Of a stretch of 45,204 nt of DNA, positions 19,517-31,300 are shown in pieces. The stretch comes from an uncultured Myxococcia bacterium (GTDB lineage Bacteria > CAZTWC01). The position numbers and the translations under genes were made by a program. The stretch covers positions 1 to 45,204 of the forward strand of contig CAZTWC010000005.1 in NCBI GenBank assembly GCA_964617105.1, given 5' to 3'. Under the pieces are notes generated by a model. It was not told the DNA's origin, searched no databases, and worked only from the letters and a program-made list of their open reading frames with translations. Position 1 is the first letter of the stretch. The number at the start of each line of letters is the position of its first letter.

Positions 19517-21055
19517 ATGAACAGAGATAATATAAGGGCGGCTATTGGTTGGATATGCATTATCTCCCTTTTAACTTCACTGTTTACCTATTTGATTTCA
19601 GCAGCCCATATGACAGTTATCCTGGTATCCCTTGGTGCCGGTTTATTATGTGCCGTTGTTTTCATCGTTTTGGAGCCGGGTAAATTTTTTAGTTTTTTTA
19701 GCGCCCGCTCCACCCGATACGGTACCAATGCCCTGGTTATGGTTTTCGGCGTATTGATTCTGCTAGGAGTGATTANNNNNNNNNNGCAAAAGCATCCTAA
19801 AAAGTTTGACTTGACCGAGGATAAACTCTTCAGTCTTTCCGATCAAACCGAAAAAGTCCTGGGTAACCTTACCCAAAAGGTTAATATCAAGGCTTTTTTC
19901 CAAAAAGGGAGCCGGGAGAAGGTGAAATTCGAAGAGTTGGTAAAAAGATATTCCTATAAAAGCGACAAGTTAAAATCGCAGATTATCGACCCCTATACCA
20001 ACCCCGGCCTGGTAAAAAGATTTAAAATTACCCAGGAAGGGGCCCGAATTATAATAGAGAGCGGTTCCCGCGAAGTCAGGCTCAAGGAGTTGACTGAAGA
20101 GGCTTTTACCAATGCCTTGATTAAAGTTTCCAAGGATAGTCGTAAAAAAGTGGCTTTTATCAAAGACCACGGCGAGAGCAGCATTGATGACGAGCAGTCC
20201 AAAGGCTACTCCGGTATCGCCGAAGCCATAAAACTCGAGGGATACGAAGTGGTTAATATCACTTTGCTGCAGAACACTAAATTAGGTCGCGACATTGATA
20301 TTGTAATTCTTCCCGGTCCCCAAAAATCGCTTTTTCCGGAAGAGGTAAATTTGTTGAAAAATTTTTTGGAGCAGGGCGGAAAATTGCTGCTGATGTTAGA
20401 TCCTATGGTAGATGCCGGTCTGGCGGGATTGACCGGGCATGTTGGAATCATTCCTGGTAATGATATGGTAGTGGATCAACTGTCACGAATTTTTAACATG
20501 GGCGCAGCAGTGCCGGTAATAAACCAATACGACAGTAAACACCCGGTGACCAGAGGCTTTGGCTTTGCCAGTTTTTTTCCCACGGTTCGATCTCTTGAAC
20601 TTCAAGGGACGGGCAGCAACGGTTACCAGTTGGTCAAGTTGGCCAGCACCAGCCCTACCGCCTGGGCGGAAACCAATATCCAGAATGGCAAGGCTCAACT
20701 TGACACTGAAGACCGGCGCGGCCCGATAACAGTGGCGGTGGCTGGTACTAAAAGCACCAAGGAAGCGGAAAATAAACGTAGTGATGAAGCCCGTCTAATA
20801 GTGTTAGGCGATTCAGAACTGGTAAATAACCAGTTTCTCAGTTTTGGCGGCAATAAAGATTTATTCCTTAATTGTATAAATTGGCTGGGTAAGGAGGAGA
20901 ATGCTATCTCCATCCGGCCTAAGAACCGGAAATCGAGCCGTATTTTCCTCACTTCAGTGCAAAAAAATTTCCTTAACTATTCCACCCAATGGATATATCC
21001 TCTTTTATTAATTGCGTTTGGGGCAACTATCTATATTCGTCGCCGCAGAAAATAG
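19517..21055 (+). CDS. ABC transport auxiliary component (GldG-like)
   Basis: DLTEDKLFSLSDQT, HGE, GGKLLLMLDP, LIVLGDS, NKDLFLNCINWL...ISIRPK, C-terminal TM plus RRRK. The frame is preserved across the N-gap. Confidence 0.9.
   Translation: MNRDNIRAAIGWICIISLLTSLFTYLISAAHMTVILVSLGAGLLCAVVFIVLEPGKFFSFFSARSTRYGTNALVMVFGVLILLGVIXXXXQKHPKKFDLTEDKLFSLSDQTEKVLGNLTQKVNIKAFFQKGSREKVKFEELVKRYSYKSDKLKSQIIDPYTNPGLVKRFKITQEGARIIIESGSREVRLKELTEEAFTNALIKVSKDSRKKVAFIKDHGESSIDDEQSKGYSGIAEAIKLEGYEVVNITLLQNTKLGRDIDIVILPGPQKSLFPEEVNLLKNFLEQGGKLLLMLDPMVDAGLAGLTGHVGIIPGNDMVVDQLSRIFNMGAAVPVINQYDSKHPVTRGFGFASFFPTVRSLELQGTGSNGYQLVKLASTSPTAWAETNIQNGKAQLDTEDRRGPITVAVAGTKSTKEAENKRSDEARLIVLGDSELVNNQFLSFGGNKDLFLNCINWLGKEENAISIRPKNRKSSRIFLTSVQKNFLNYSTQWIYPLLLIAFGATIYIRRRRK
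19776..19785. other. Assembly gap (10 N) within the GldG-like gene
   Basis: Run of N. Confidence 0.97.
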
Positions 21056-21072
21056 GAGGAGAGGATTTTTAT

Positions 21073-22524
21073 ATGAAAGATTTCCACAAAAATCTGTTGA
21101 AAACAGCGGTGATGCTTGCCGTTTTAGCCGGATTATCGATTTATGCCTATCAAGTTGAGCACAAAGGAGCTAACGAGGAGAAGCAACGTAAGGAAGAGGC
21201 TAAAAAACTCTTTAAGGCGGAGAAAGAACAAATACAACAGATTAGATTGAGTAAAGGTGAGGAATCTCTGGTGGTGCGGCGGGATGGAACCGAGGAATGG
21301 AAAATAGTAAAGCCGGTGGAAACCGAAGCTGATAAGGGTAGTATTAATACGATAGCCGGTGATTTGGTTGGATTAAAAATGACCGGAGTGGTGGAAGAGA
21401 ATCAAGCCAGAGCGGCTGATTACGGCCTGTCCAAACCCTATTTGGTGGCGGAATTTAAACTAAAGGATAAAATCGAAAAATACTCGCTGAAAATTGGGGA
21501 TATCAACCAATTTGATAGGTCTGCCTATATCCAGGTCAGTGGTGATAATCGGATTTTAAGGAGTAATGCCAACATTAAAGAGAGTCTGGATAAAGACCTC
21601 TTTGCCTTGCGCCAAAAGCGTCTGATGCAATTTGACCAGGAAAAGATCAAAAAAATAGAGCTTAAAAACTTTCATGGCGATATGACACTAGAAAAAATTG
21701 ATGATAGTTGGGAGTTTATTGCTCCGGTAAAAACCAGGGCCAATAAAGGTGATATCTCATCTATGTTATCATCGCTCAACTATCTGACCGCCTCCTCTTT
21801 TGTGGCTGAAAAATCGGGAGAGAATAAAGATAACTACGGTCTTAATCCTCCCTATATTAAAGTTGTTCTATATTCCGGCCAGGCCATGGCTGCCCAGGTG
21901 CTATTTTTGGGCCGACAGATCATGGAGGGAAGCGAGGATAAATATCTCTATTTTGCCACCCGGGGAGATGATTTTCCTCTGACTCGTATACCAGATACCA
22001 TTATTAAAAATTTAGACACCTCTTTTGATAATTTACGGGATAAATATTTGCTCGATTTGGATAGCAAACTAGTTAAACGGCTCAAACTTAAAGTGATGGG
22101 TGAAAACCTGGAGGTGGAAAAAATCGACGGTGACGGCGATGTGAAGTGGAAAGTGGTTGGTGGCCCCCCGAATCAGCCAGAGGTTTTTGCTGAAACCGCC
22201 AAAATAGAGAGCATTATAAACGATTTTAAAAATTTGGAAGCCAAAGAGTTTATTGACGGAGAGGAAAGTAAACTAGCTCAGTATGGGCTGGATGATGGAA
22301 AAAACCTGGCAGAGTTTCAAGACCAGGGCAAGTCAATATTGTCCAAACTCTTTTTGGGTAATGAAAAGGGGGAAGAGTTACGTTTTGCCACCAATCAAAA
22401 GAGGCAAACGGCTTTTTTAGTGGAAAAAGCGAAACTATTCTCTTTTCCTAAGTCAATAGCAGAATTGTTAGAAAAGAAAGATGAATCTGATGTGATTACA
22501 AAAGAGCAACCACCAGATAAATAA
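21073..22524 (+). CDS. DUF4340-like membrane-anchored protein
   Basis: N-terminal TM, three repeats containing W....P and YGL motifs (YGLSKP, YGLNPP, YGLDDG); usual position after GldG-like genes. ATG 21073 follows GAGG. Confidence 0.85.
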   Translation: MKDFHKNLLKTAVMLAVLAGLSIYAYQVEHKGANEEKQRKEEAKKLFKAEKEQIQQIRLSKGEESLVVRRDGTEEWKIVKPVETEADKGSINTIAGDLVGLKMTGVVEENQARAADYGLSKPYLVAEFKLKDKIEKYSLKIGDINQFDRSAYIQVSGDNRILRSNANIKESLDKDLFALRQKRLMQFDQEKIKKIELKNFHGDMTLEKIDDSWEFIAPVKTRANKGDISSMLSSLNYLTASSFVAEKSGENKDNYGLNPPYIKVVLYSGQAMAAQVLFLGRQIMEGSEDKYLYFATRGDDFPLTRIPDTIIKNLDTSFDNLRDKYLLDLDSKLVKRLKLKVMGENLEVEKIDGDGDVKWKVVGGPPNQPEVFAETAKIESIINDFKNLEAKEFIDGEESKLAQYGLDDGKNLAEFQDQGKSILSKLFLGNEKGEELRFATNQKRQTAFLVEKAKLFSFPKSIAELLEKKDESDVITKEQPPDK

Positions 22525-22602
22525 TTAACCAGTATAATTCGGTCGGGTACTGACAAGTACACAACCCTGAAACGTTTTCTTGTTTTACTATAAGGATATA
22601 TT

Positions 22603-22839
22603 ATGGCCAGAGTAACTGTTGAAGATTGTCTGCAGAACGTAAATAACCGCTTTGCCCTGGTTCTATTGGCCAGCAAAAGAGCTCGGCAGATATTGAATGG
22701 TTCAAATATTTTGGTGGAGGGTAAAAACAAGGCTCAGGTAATGGCCCTCCGGGAAATAGCCGCCGAGAAAGTCTCCTACAGGGAAGATGTGCAGGAGGTG
22801 TTGTATGAGGATATCGAGAGTAGGCGCATAAAAAAATAA
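22603..22839 (+). CDS. rpoZ: RNA polymerase omega subunit
   Basis: [27 protein letters not shown]...ALREIA. Confidence 0.97.
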   Translation: MARVTVEDCLQNVNNRFALVLLASKRARQILNGSNILVEGKNKAQVMALREIAAEKVSYREDVQEVLYEDIESRRIKK

Positions 22840-22864
22840 GAATCCGGCTGCATCCGAATTCTTA
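22837..22864. terminator. Hairpin between convergent rpoZ and argF (possible bidirectional terminator)
   Basis: TAAGAATCCGG-ctgcat-CCGAATTCTTA, one mismatch. Confidence 0.5.
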
Positions 22865-22876
22865 TATATAACCCCT

Positions 22877-23833
22877 CTACAGTTCAGGCTCCTCTGGATA
22901 ATTGCCCATCATAAGCACCAATATGGCTTTTTGGACATGTAGCCGGTTTTCGGCCTGATCAATTACAATAGAGTTTTGGCTGTCTAAGACGTTTCCGGTA
23001 ATCTCTTCTCCACGATGAGCGGGAAGGCAGTGCATCACTTTGGCATTTGGAACTTTTTCCAACAATTGGGAATTTATTTGATAGGGCGCCAGGGTTTTTA
23101 ATCTCTCTTCTCGTTGTTCATCCTGTCCCATAGACACCCAAACATCGGTGTATAGCACATCTGCACCCTGGATAGCCTCATCTACATTTTTATACAGTTC
23201 AATTTTAGACCCGGTTTTTTCCGCTTCTTCCTGGGCCAGTTTCAGGATTCCGGCATTAGGCATATAGCTGGTAGGACAGGCCATGGAAAAATTCATCCCG
23301 GTTCTGGCAGCGGCAAACATCAGTGAATGAGCCACATTGTTGCCATCGCCAAGATAGGTCATTTTTATCCCTTTTAGTTTACCCAAATGCTCTTTGACAG
23401 TAAACACATCGGTCAAGGCCTGACAAGGATGAAGTAAGTCGGTAAGGCCGTTGATAACCGGAATATCGGCATACTCGGCCAACTCTTTTATGTCATCCTG
23501 GGAATAGGTCCTGATCATGATGGCATCCAGGTATCGGGATAATACCATGGCGGTGTCACCAATGGTTTCACCCCGACCTGTCTGCAGATCCGACATGCTG
23601 AGAAATAGACCTATACCACCCAGGTCAAAGATTCCGACCTGGAATGAAACTCTGGTTCTGGTGGAGGGCTTTTGAAAAATCATACCCAGAACTTTGCTCT
23701 CTAACAACCGGTGAGGGATATCGTTTTTTTGTTTATCCTTTAACTCTTGGCTAAGAGAGAGTATCATCTCTACTTCCTGGTTTGAAAGGTCGTAAATTGA
23801 TAAAAGGTCTTTGCCTTTAAGGGTATTTTTCAT
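22877..23833 (-). CDS. argF: Ornithine carbamoyltransferase
   Basis: STRTR, HPCQ, GDGNNV, DVWVSMG, HCLP, DQAENRLH. Anabolic (argF) versus catabolic (arcB) role cannot be determined from sequence. Confidence 0.95.
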   Translation of the reverse strand: MKNTLKGKDLLSIYDLSNQEVEMILSLSQELKDKQKNDIPHRLLESKVLGMIFQKPSTRTRVSFQVGIFDLGGIGLFLSMSDLQTGRGETIGDTAMVLSRYLDAIMIRTYSQDDIKELAEYADIPVINGLTDLLHPCQALTDVFTVKEHLGKLKGIKMTYLGDGNNVAHSLMFAAARTGMNFSMACPTSYMPNAGILKLAQEEAEKTGSKIELYKNVDEAIQGADVLYTDVWVSMGQDEQREERLKTLAPYQINSQLLEKVPNAKVMHCLPAHRGEEITGNVLDSQNSIVIDQAENRLHVQKAILVLMMGNYPEEPEL

Positions 23834-23846
23834 AGCTACTCCTGTC

Positions 23847-23891
23847 TTAGGGTTCCCTTAAAATAACTTCACATTTTCGAGGGAGCCCTTA
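23847..23891 (-). other. Imperfect intergenic hairpin between the arcE-like gene and argF
   Basis: mRNA AGGGCTCCCTCGAAAAT...ATTTTAAGGGAACCCT, directly before the AGGAG RBS of argF. Confidence 0.5.
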
Positions 23892-23900
23892 CTATGGTGT

Positions 23901-25214
23901 TTAAAAAAACTTGGCTAAAACATGATCCAAGGTGACATCCCCTATCTCCTGCAGCCGATAACCCACTGATAGAATTGGTTTATTAACTGATACTATCCGG
24001 TTTAGATCCATAGGAGTGCCGCTGACCACCAGGTCGCAAGGAACAGCATTAATGGTGGCTTCCAGATCGTGGATTTGTTCATCACCGTAGCCCATGGCCG
24101 GCAGGAGGGTGCCAATATTTGGGTAGGAGGCAAAGGTGTCTTTTATTTTTCCTTGCAAATAGGGTCTGGGATCTATAATCTCACCGGCTTTATAGCGCTC
24201 TGCCGCAACATAAGCAGCGCCAAATTTCATTTCACCGTGGGTGAGGGTGGGACCATCTTCTACCACCAGCACTTTTTTATTGGCAATACTTTCGCTGTTT
24301 TCCAAAGTGAGAGGTGAATGGGCTTCCACCACTGTAGCAGTAGGGTTAAAACGGCTAATATTGTCTTTTACAGTCTGGATATCCTCTGCCTTAGCAGTGT
24401 CCATTTTGTTGATTACAATTACATCAGCCCTGATTAGGTTGGTCTCGCCGGGATAGTAATTCAACTCGTGACCCGCACGGTGAGGATCCGTAACTACTAT
24501 CTCTAAATCGGAGCGATAAAAGGGCATATCGTTATTGCCGCCGTCCCACAAGACCACGTCTGCCTCTTTTTCCGCTTCTCTGAGGATGGCTTCATAATCC
24601 ACGCCAGCATAGACCACCACCTGGTTGTTAATATGGCGTTCATATTCCTCCTGCTCTTCAATAGTGCAGTTGTGTTTGGTTAAATCTTCAATAGAACCGA
24701 ATCTTTGCACCCGTTGTCTAACCAGGTCGCCGTAGGGCATGGGATGGCGCACAGCCACTACTTTTTTTCCATTTTTTTGCAGCACTTCCGCCACTCTGGA
24801 GGTGGTTTGACTTTTTCCACAGCCAGTGCGAATAGCGCAAATAGAGACCACCGGTTTGGTCGACTTCACCATGGTTTTTTCCGGGCCCATCAAAATAAAA
24901 TCAGCACCAGCCGCCTGAACCAGTGAAGCCTTATGCATCACGTACATATGAGGTACATCACTGTAGCAAAAATATACCTTTTCGATGTCCATCTCTTTGA
25001 TGAGATTTTTTAGGTTTTCCTCTGGATAGATTTTTATTCCCTCGGGATACAATTTTCCGGCTAGTTCCGGAGGATAACGCCGGTCAGAAATATCGGGGAT
25101 TTGGGTAGCGGTAAAGGCTTTTATATCAAAACGGTCATTGTCTCTAAAGTAGAGATTAAAATTGTGAAAATCTCTTCCTGCTGCTCCCATGATTAACGCT
25201 TTTATCCTCTCCAT
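23901..25214 (-). CDS. arcE: Cyclic 2,3-diphosphoglycerate synthetase-like P-loop protein; probable arginine synthetase (ArcE-type)
   Basis: MGAAGRDFHNFN, AFTATQIP, RTGCGKS P-loop, RHPMPYG, WDGGNND, EDGPTLTHG, LPAMGY. Directly upstream of OTC. ATG 25214 follows GAGGTG. Family call is strong; the ArcE function is inferred. Confidence 0.8.
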   Translation of the reverse strand: MERIKALIMGAAGRDFHNFNLYFRDNDRFDIKAFTATQIPDISDRRYPPELAGKLYPEGIKIYPEENLKNLIKEMDIEKVYFCYSDVPHMYVMHKASLVQAAGADFILMGPEKTMVKSTKPVVSICAIRTGCGKSQTTSRVAEVLQKNGKKVVAVRHPMPYGDLVRQRVQRFGSIEDLTKHNCTIEEQEEYERHINNQVVVYAGVDYEAILREAEKEADVVLWDGGNNDMPFYRSDLEIVVTDPHRAGHELNYYPGETNLIRADVIVINKMDTAKAEDIQTVKDNISRFNPTATVVEAHSPLTLENSESIANKKVLVVEDGPTLTHGEMKFGAAYVAAERYKAGEIIDPRPYLQGKIKDTFASYPNIGTLLPAMGYGDEQIHDLEATINAVPCDLVVSGTPMDLNRIVSVNKPILSVGYRLQEIGDVTLDHVLAKFF

Positions 25215-25331
25215 TACACACCTCATTTCAAATTGAAATTACAAAATTGGAATGCCGAATTTGGGCATTTTTCTATTGGCGGTTATTATTATCAAAAGCG
25301 CTTTTTTGGTCAAGGTATTTTTCGGAAAGAT

Positions 25332-25358
25332 AAGCCCCTGAAATAAAATCAAGGGCTT
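25332..25358 (-). terminator. Stem-loop after the giant Cys-rich gene
   Basis: Minus strand AAGCCCTTGA-TTTTATT-TCAGGGGCTT (10-bp stem with one G-U pair) about 20 bp after the stop; weak U-tract. Confidence 0.5.
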
Positions 25359-25377
25359 TTGGAGGGTGAAAACCGGT

Positions 25378-28300
25378 TTATTGGCAACTAAAGTTGATAC
25401 ACAGCTGATTTTGAGGGCAATCTTCATCTCGGCGGCAGCCTGGCACACAGATGTGTTCTTGACAAATTTCACCGGCAGCGCATTGCCCATCGTTGACACA
25501 CTCTTGCAGTTTACACAGATTGTCACGGCAGAAGTATCCGGTCTGGCAGTGTGCATCCTGGGTGCAGTCAACCGCTTTGCATTTGGTGCTCTGGCACACA
25601 TGTTTTTCTGCACAATCCTGATCTACCCGGCATCCACTGCGGCATTGACCACCATCACAGATTCTTCCGTCTCCACAATCTTTGTCCAGCAGGCAGCCGG
25701 TAAAGACACACCGGGAACGCTGGCAGGAGAAATTTTCCGGGCAATCTTTAGAGGTGGCGCACTGAGCCGCGATACAGCCGCCATTTTCGCAAATTAAACT
25801 TGTTGGGCATTCCAAATCCTGCTTGCAACTTATCTGCTTACAGCGTCCATGCACACAGTCGTACCCGGTCTGGCACTGGCTGCGGTTCCGGCACTCTCCA
25901 GAACCACAACGACCTCCCTGACAAATCTGGCAGGAGAAGAAGTTACAGGTACAGTCGGTGTCACTCTGGCAACTGCTGCCAGAACCCACGCATTTACCAG
26001 TCACCGTGTTACAGGTATAAAACACCGGACAATCAGCATCGCTCTTGCATTGGTCCAGATTTTTACATTGCCCGCTGATGGTGTCGCAATTTTGGCCCGC
26101 AGGACAGTCAGCATTGCTGCGGCAACGGCCCTGGGGCAGGCATTGACCAGAAGCCACATCACACTTGAATCCCTGGGAGCAGTCGGTATCTTTGTAGCAG
26201 CCACCATCCGGCACACATTTTCCGCTGTTGGGATCACAAAGCTGTCGGGTGTCGCATTCGCTATCACCACGGCAGCCGGGTATGCAGGTGCCTGATTTGC
26301 AAAATTGCCCCTGGGGACAATTTTCGTTGATATGGCAACCCAGGCCAACGCAGTTAAAATTGTCGCAGTATTCGCCGCTATTACAGTCCACATCGGTAAT
26401 GCACTGAACTTGAACACACTTGTTGTTCTGGCAGACATTTTTTTCTGGGCACTGGGCGTTGGTGCGGCATCCGGCAGTACACTCACTGTTTTGGCAGATA
26501 AAGCCCTCTCCGCAATCTCCATCCTGGGTGCAGCCGCCTAAGACACATCGTCCACCTTTGCAAATGTAACCCCGTTGGCAGTTAATGTTACTCTGGCATT
26601 CTGGAGCGGAGCAATAACCGCCCTGACAGATGGTGCCGCCATCACATTCACTATCCTGACGGCAAGTTTTGGCTACGCATCTGCCCCGCTGACACTCCTG
26701 GCCGGCAGTACAATTGCTGTTATCCAGGCACTGGGGAGGAGAGCAGTTGTTTTCAATGCAGATGGAGCAGTTGTCACCCAGGCAGGGACAGTCTGTATCC
26801 TGGGTGCACTCAGGTCCTATTCCTTCACATTTATTGGTTTTGGTGTTGCAACGATATCCGGTAGGACAATCACTGTCGCTTTGACAAAATCCCTCTTGGT
26901 TTTTACATTGGCCATTCAGGATGTCGCAGCGCTGGCCCAGCGGACAATCCTGATCGCTTTTACAAGTGCCACTGGTGATACAATTGCCGCTTTTCAAGTC
27001 ACATTTTTCTCCGGTTTGGCAGTCATTGTCGCTCCAGCAACCGAAGTCGGCAATACATTTGCCATTTTTAACATCGCAGATCTCCCGCTGGCCACATTCA
27101 CTATCACCACGGCAGCCGGGCATACACTTCCCTTGAATATTGCAGAAGGTTCCGGCGGCACAATCGCTGTTGTCTTGGCACAGGGCGCCAATACACTGGT
27201 AATTGGAGCATACCTCGCCAGTTTGGCAATCGGTATTTACTTTGCACTCCACCGCCAGGCAACTGTTGTTTTTACAGATGCTCATCCCCTGACATTCGCT
27301 GTCACTGCGACAACCCAGAGCGCATAAATTTTTCAGACAGATCTGTCCCGGCGAGCAGTCGGAATCACGGCTGCAGCCGCCCAGGATACAGTTGTTGCCA
27401 ATACACTTTTCTCCGGTTTGACAATCGGAATTATCCAGACACTGCACTACCACGCACCGGTTGCTCTTACACAGAGCCAGGCCGGAGCAGTCGGTGTGAC
27501 GGCGGCAGCCAACCGTGCATTTGGCAGCAATGCAGATGAAACCAGAAGTGCAATCGGCATCACGTAGACAGCCGCCTTCTACACACTGGTAATTGATACA
27601 TTTTTTACCCTGGTCACATTCCGAATCGTTACGGCACTCTACGCTCTGGCAGCGGTATTGCAGACAAATTTCTTTGCCTGTACAGTCGCTGATGATCCTA
27701 CAGCCGGTGCGGCAGGTCCCACTCAGGCAGATCATACCGGTTTGACACTCCTGGTCAGTATTGCAGCCCCCCATTTTACAGGTATAGTTAACACATTTTT
27801 CTCCCTGGCTACAGTGGCTGTCTGCCGTGCACTCCACTGAGGTGCAGATATAGTTTATACAAGCCATTTGGGCCGGGCAATTGTCGGTAGCGCGACAGCC
27901 GGTGCGGCAACGTCCGCTCAGGCAGATTTCTCCCTGCGGGCAAGTGGAATCGCTGTAACAACTGTTGCCGTAGCATTGGTTTTTGACACAACTGTGATCG
28001 CTGGGACAGTCGCTATCATTACGGCAAGCCACCTGAATACAGCGTTGGTTCTGGCAGATAGACTTTTCCGGACAATCCAAATCGCCACGACAACCTACCT
28101 GGCAGCGGCTGGCATTGCAGATTTTGCCCTGGCCGCAATCGCTGTCCACATTACATTCCTCTACACAGGAATTGTTCAGGCAGGTCTGATTACTCAGACA
28201 GTGGGTATTGGTAGTGCATTCCACGGCCACGCAGCGTCGTCCGCTGCATATCTGCTTATCGCCGCAGTCCGAAAGGGTACGGCAGCCTGTTCGGCATTTG

Positions 28301-31300
28301 CCGGACAGGCAGATATATTCTGACTGGCAATCACTGTCTTTACTGCACTGATCGGAACAGAGATTGTTGCGGCAGATCTTGCCGTCAAGGCAATCACTAT
28401 TGGTCAGACAGTCCACTGAAACGCAGCGGTTAAGCCGGCAGAGCGCCCTGCCCTGGCAGTCTGTATTCTGGCGGCATCCTACAGTGCAACTGTTTTGGAT
28501 ACAGATATGACCAGTCTGGCAATCAGTATCTGCCAGACAGCCACCATCAACGCAGAAATAGTTTTTGCAGATCTTATTATCGCTGCAATCGTTGCTAGTC
28601 AAGCATTCCACTGGGGTACACTTGTTGTTGATACAGAGTGCTTTGCCCGAGCAATCGGTTTGCTGGCGGCAACCCGACTGGCAGATACTCTGCTGGCAAA
28701 TCTGACCGGTCTGACAATCGCTGTCAGCCAGACAGCCGCCACCCACGCATTGGTTATTCAAGCATTTGTGGCTGGTTGGGCATTGGCTGTCTTCCAGGCA
28801 TGAAACTGGATAGCACCGGTTGGCGGTGCAAAGGGCAATCACTGGGCAATCACTGGTGCTGCGACAACCCTCCTGGCAACTGCTGTCTAGACAGATTTGT
28901 CCTTTTGAGCACTGGTTGTCTTCAGAGCATTTGGCGTAAATACAGCGGTAATTCTGGCAAATAAAGCCCTGAAAACACTCACTGTCTTTTTGGCATTGCG
29001 GTCCTGTGCATATTCCTCCTTGACAGATGGCATCGCCGGGACAGTTGGCGTCACTGGTGCAGGTGCGCCTAACGCATCTACCGCGCTGACATTGATGAGT
29101 AGATGCGCAACCTAAATTATCAGTACATTGGGGAGCGGCACAGCGACCATTTTCACAGATGGAGCAGTAACTCATCTGACAGGGACATTTACTGTCATCA
29201 CTGCACTGCTGTCCAATCCCTTCGCATAGTCCGGTGGTGATATCGCAGCGTTGCCCCACCGGACAATCACTGTTTGCGGTGCATTTGCTGGATTTACATT
29301 TTTTGGTGAACATGTCGCATACAAAACCAGCGGCGCAGTCCTCACTGGTTTTGCATGAACCGCTTTGTAACACACACTTGCCACTGTCCAAATCGCAGCG
29401 TTCCTCTTGTTTGCAGTCGCTGTCAGCCCAACAACCGCTGTCGGGGAAACATTTTCCCGACGAAATATCGCATAGTTTTCGTTTGCCGCAATCAAAATCT
29501 TTTTGGCAACCGCCATCGGGTTTGCAGATATGGATATCCAGGTCGCAGACCTGCCGGCTCTGGCAGTGGGCATCGGTGGTGCAGTCCACCTTTTCGCATT
29601 TACCACTGCCCAGGTAGCAAATCTCCTGCTCAGCGCAGTCTGCATCTTTTTGGCAACCCTGGCTCAGGCATTTGTTGTTTTGCTGGTCGCAACGTTGATT
29701 GGCCAAACAGTGACTGTCCTGAGTGCACTCTACCGACAGGCACTTGTTGGCTGAGCATATTTGCTTTTCCTGGCATTGACTGTGGTCGCGGCAGCCAATC
29801 TGGCAAAGATTACTTTGGCAGATTTGTCCTGGTTGACAGTTATCATCGTTATGGCAACCTCCCTCTAAACATTTATAGTTAATGCAGCGGGCTGGCGGCT
29901 TGCTGCTGATGGGGCTGGCACAGTGACCATCGTTGGTGCACTGGACATCCTGGCAGCGACCGGTATTGAAATTGCATAACTGCTTTTCCAGGCAATCGCT
30001 GTCTTGTTTGCAGAAGGGGATGCATTTATGGGTAGTCATATTGCATCTCTGATCCTGGCTGCAGTGGAAGTCGGCATTACACTCTACCTGGTAACAACGA
30101 CCACTGTTTATCTCGCACAACTCCCGTTCTCCACAATCGCCGTTGCTCTGGCAGAAGATAGCACAGGTATAGGTAGCCATATTGCACTTGTTGCCTGCCG
30201 GACATTGGCTGTCAGTTTTACATTCCACGGCCAAACACTTGCCGTTTTGGCAGACCTCCCGTTCTTTGCACTGATCACTGCTGGTACAGTAGGGTATGCA
30301 CGTATAATCTTTCAAACTGCACTTTTGGGTGCCTCCGCAATGAGCATCGATTTTGCACTGTACCTGATAACACTTGCCGCTTTGAGTGTCACACAACTCC
30401 TGTTTACCGCAATCGCTCTCTTTTTCACAGCGCAGGCTGCATTGATGGAAGTTGGTATTGCAAATTTTGCCCTGGGGACAGTGACTGTTGGTTTTACACT
30501 CCACTGGGTAACACTGGTTTTGGGCAGTGTCGCACAACTCTTTTTCCTGGCAGTCGGCCTCAGTTTGACAGTAAGGTATACATAGATAGTTGGTGGTTTC
30601 ACATCGATATCCTTTTGGGCATTGACTGTCCTGGCGACATTCCACTACTTTGCATTTTCCCGTGTCAGTCTGGCAGATCTCTTTTTCACCGCAGTCGTTA
30701 TTGCTCTGGCAGATGTCAAGGCACTGGTGGAATTGCAGATCGCATTTTTTACCGGCCGGGCACTGGCCTTCTTTTTTACACTCCACCCGGTAACATTGGT
30801 GGATATTGTAGTTGCAAATCTCAAAATCGGAACAATGTTCATCACTGCTGCAATAGGGCTGGCAAACAAAATTCAAGCATTTGAAGCCAATGCCGCAATG
30901 CTCATCGAGTTTGCAGGCCACCCGGGAACAAATCCTGGTTTGTGGATCGCATACCTCCAGGGCCCCACATTGACCATTATTTTCACATCCCATAACACAC
31001 TTATTATCTTTACACACTTCGTTGTTACGACATTGACCATCATTGGTACAGGCATTTTCTTGACAGGAATAGTTCTGGCAGCGTCTATCCAACGGGCAAT
31101 CTTTATCTTCCAGACATTCCACCGGCCGGCATCGATTCTCCTGGCAGACCTCTTTTTCTTGGCACTGTTGGTTATCACGGCACCCCGTCTGGCAGGCGCC
31201 ATAGAGGCATATTTTGCCCTGGGAACAATCCTGGTCTTGACCGCACTTGTCTATCTGGCAGCGCCCATTCTCGCACCGGTATCCAGATGGACATTGACTG

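Noticed and set aside
22603-22839. rpoZ without gmk/spoT neighbours as an anomaly
   Set aside because: rpoZ context varies between lineages; not informative alone.
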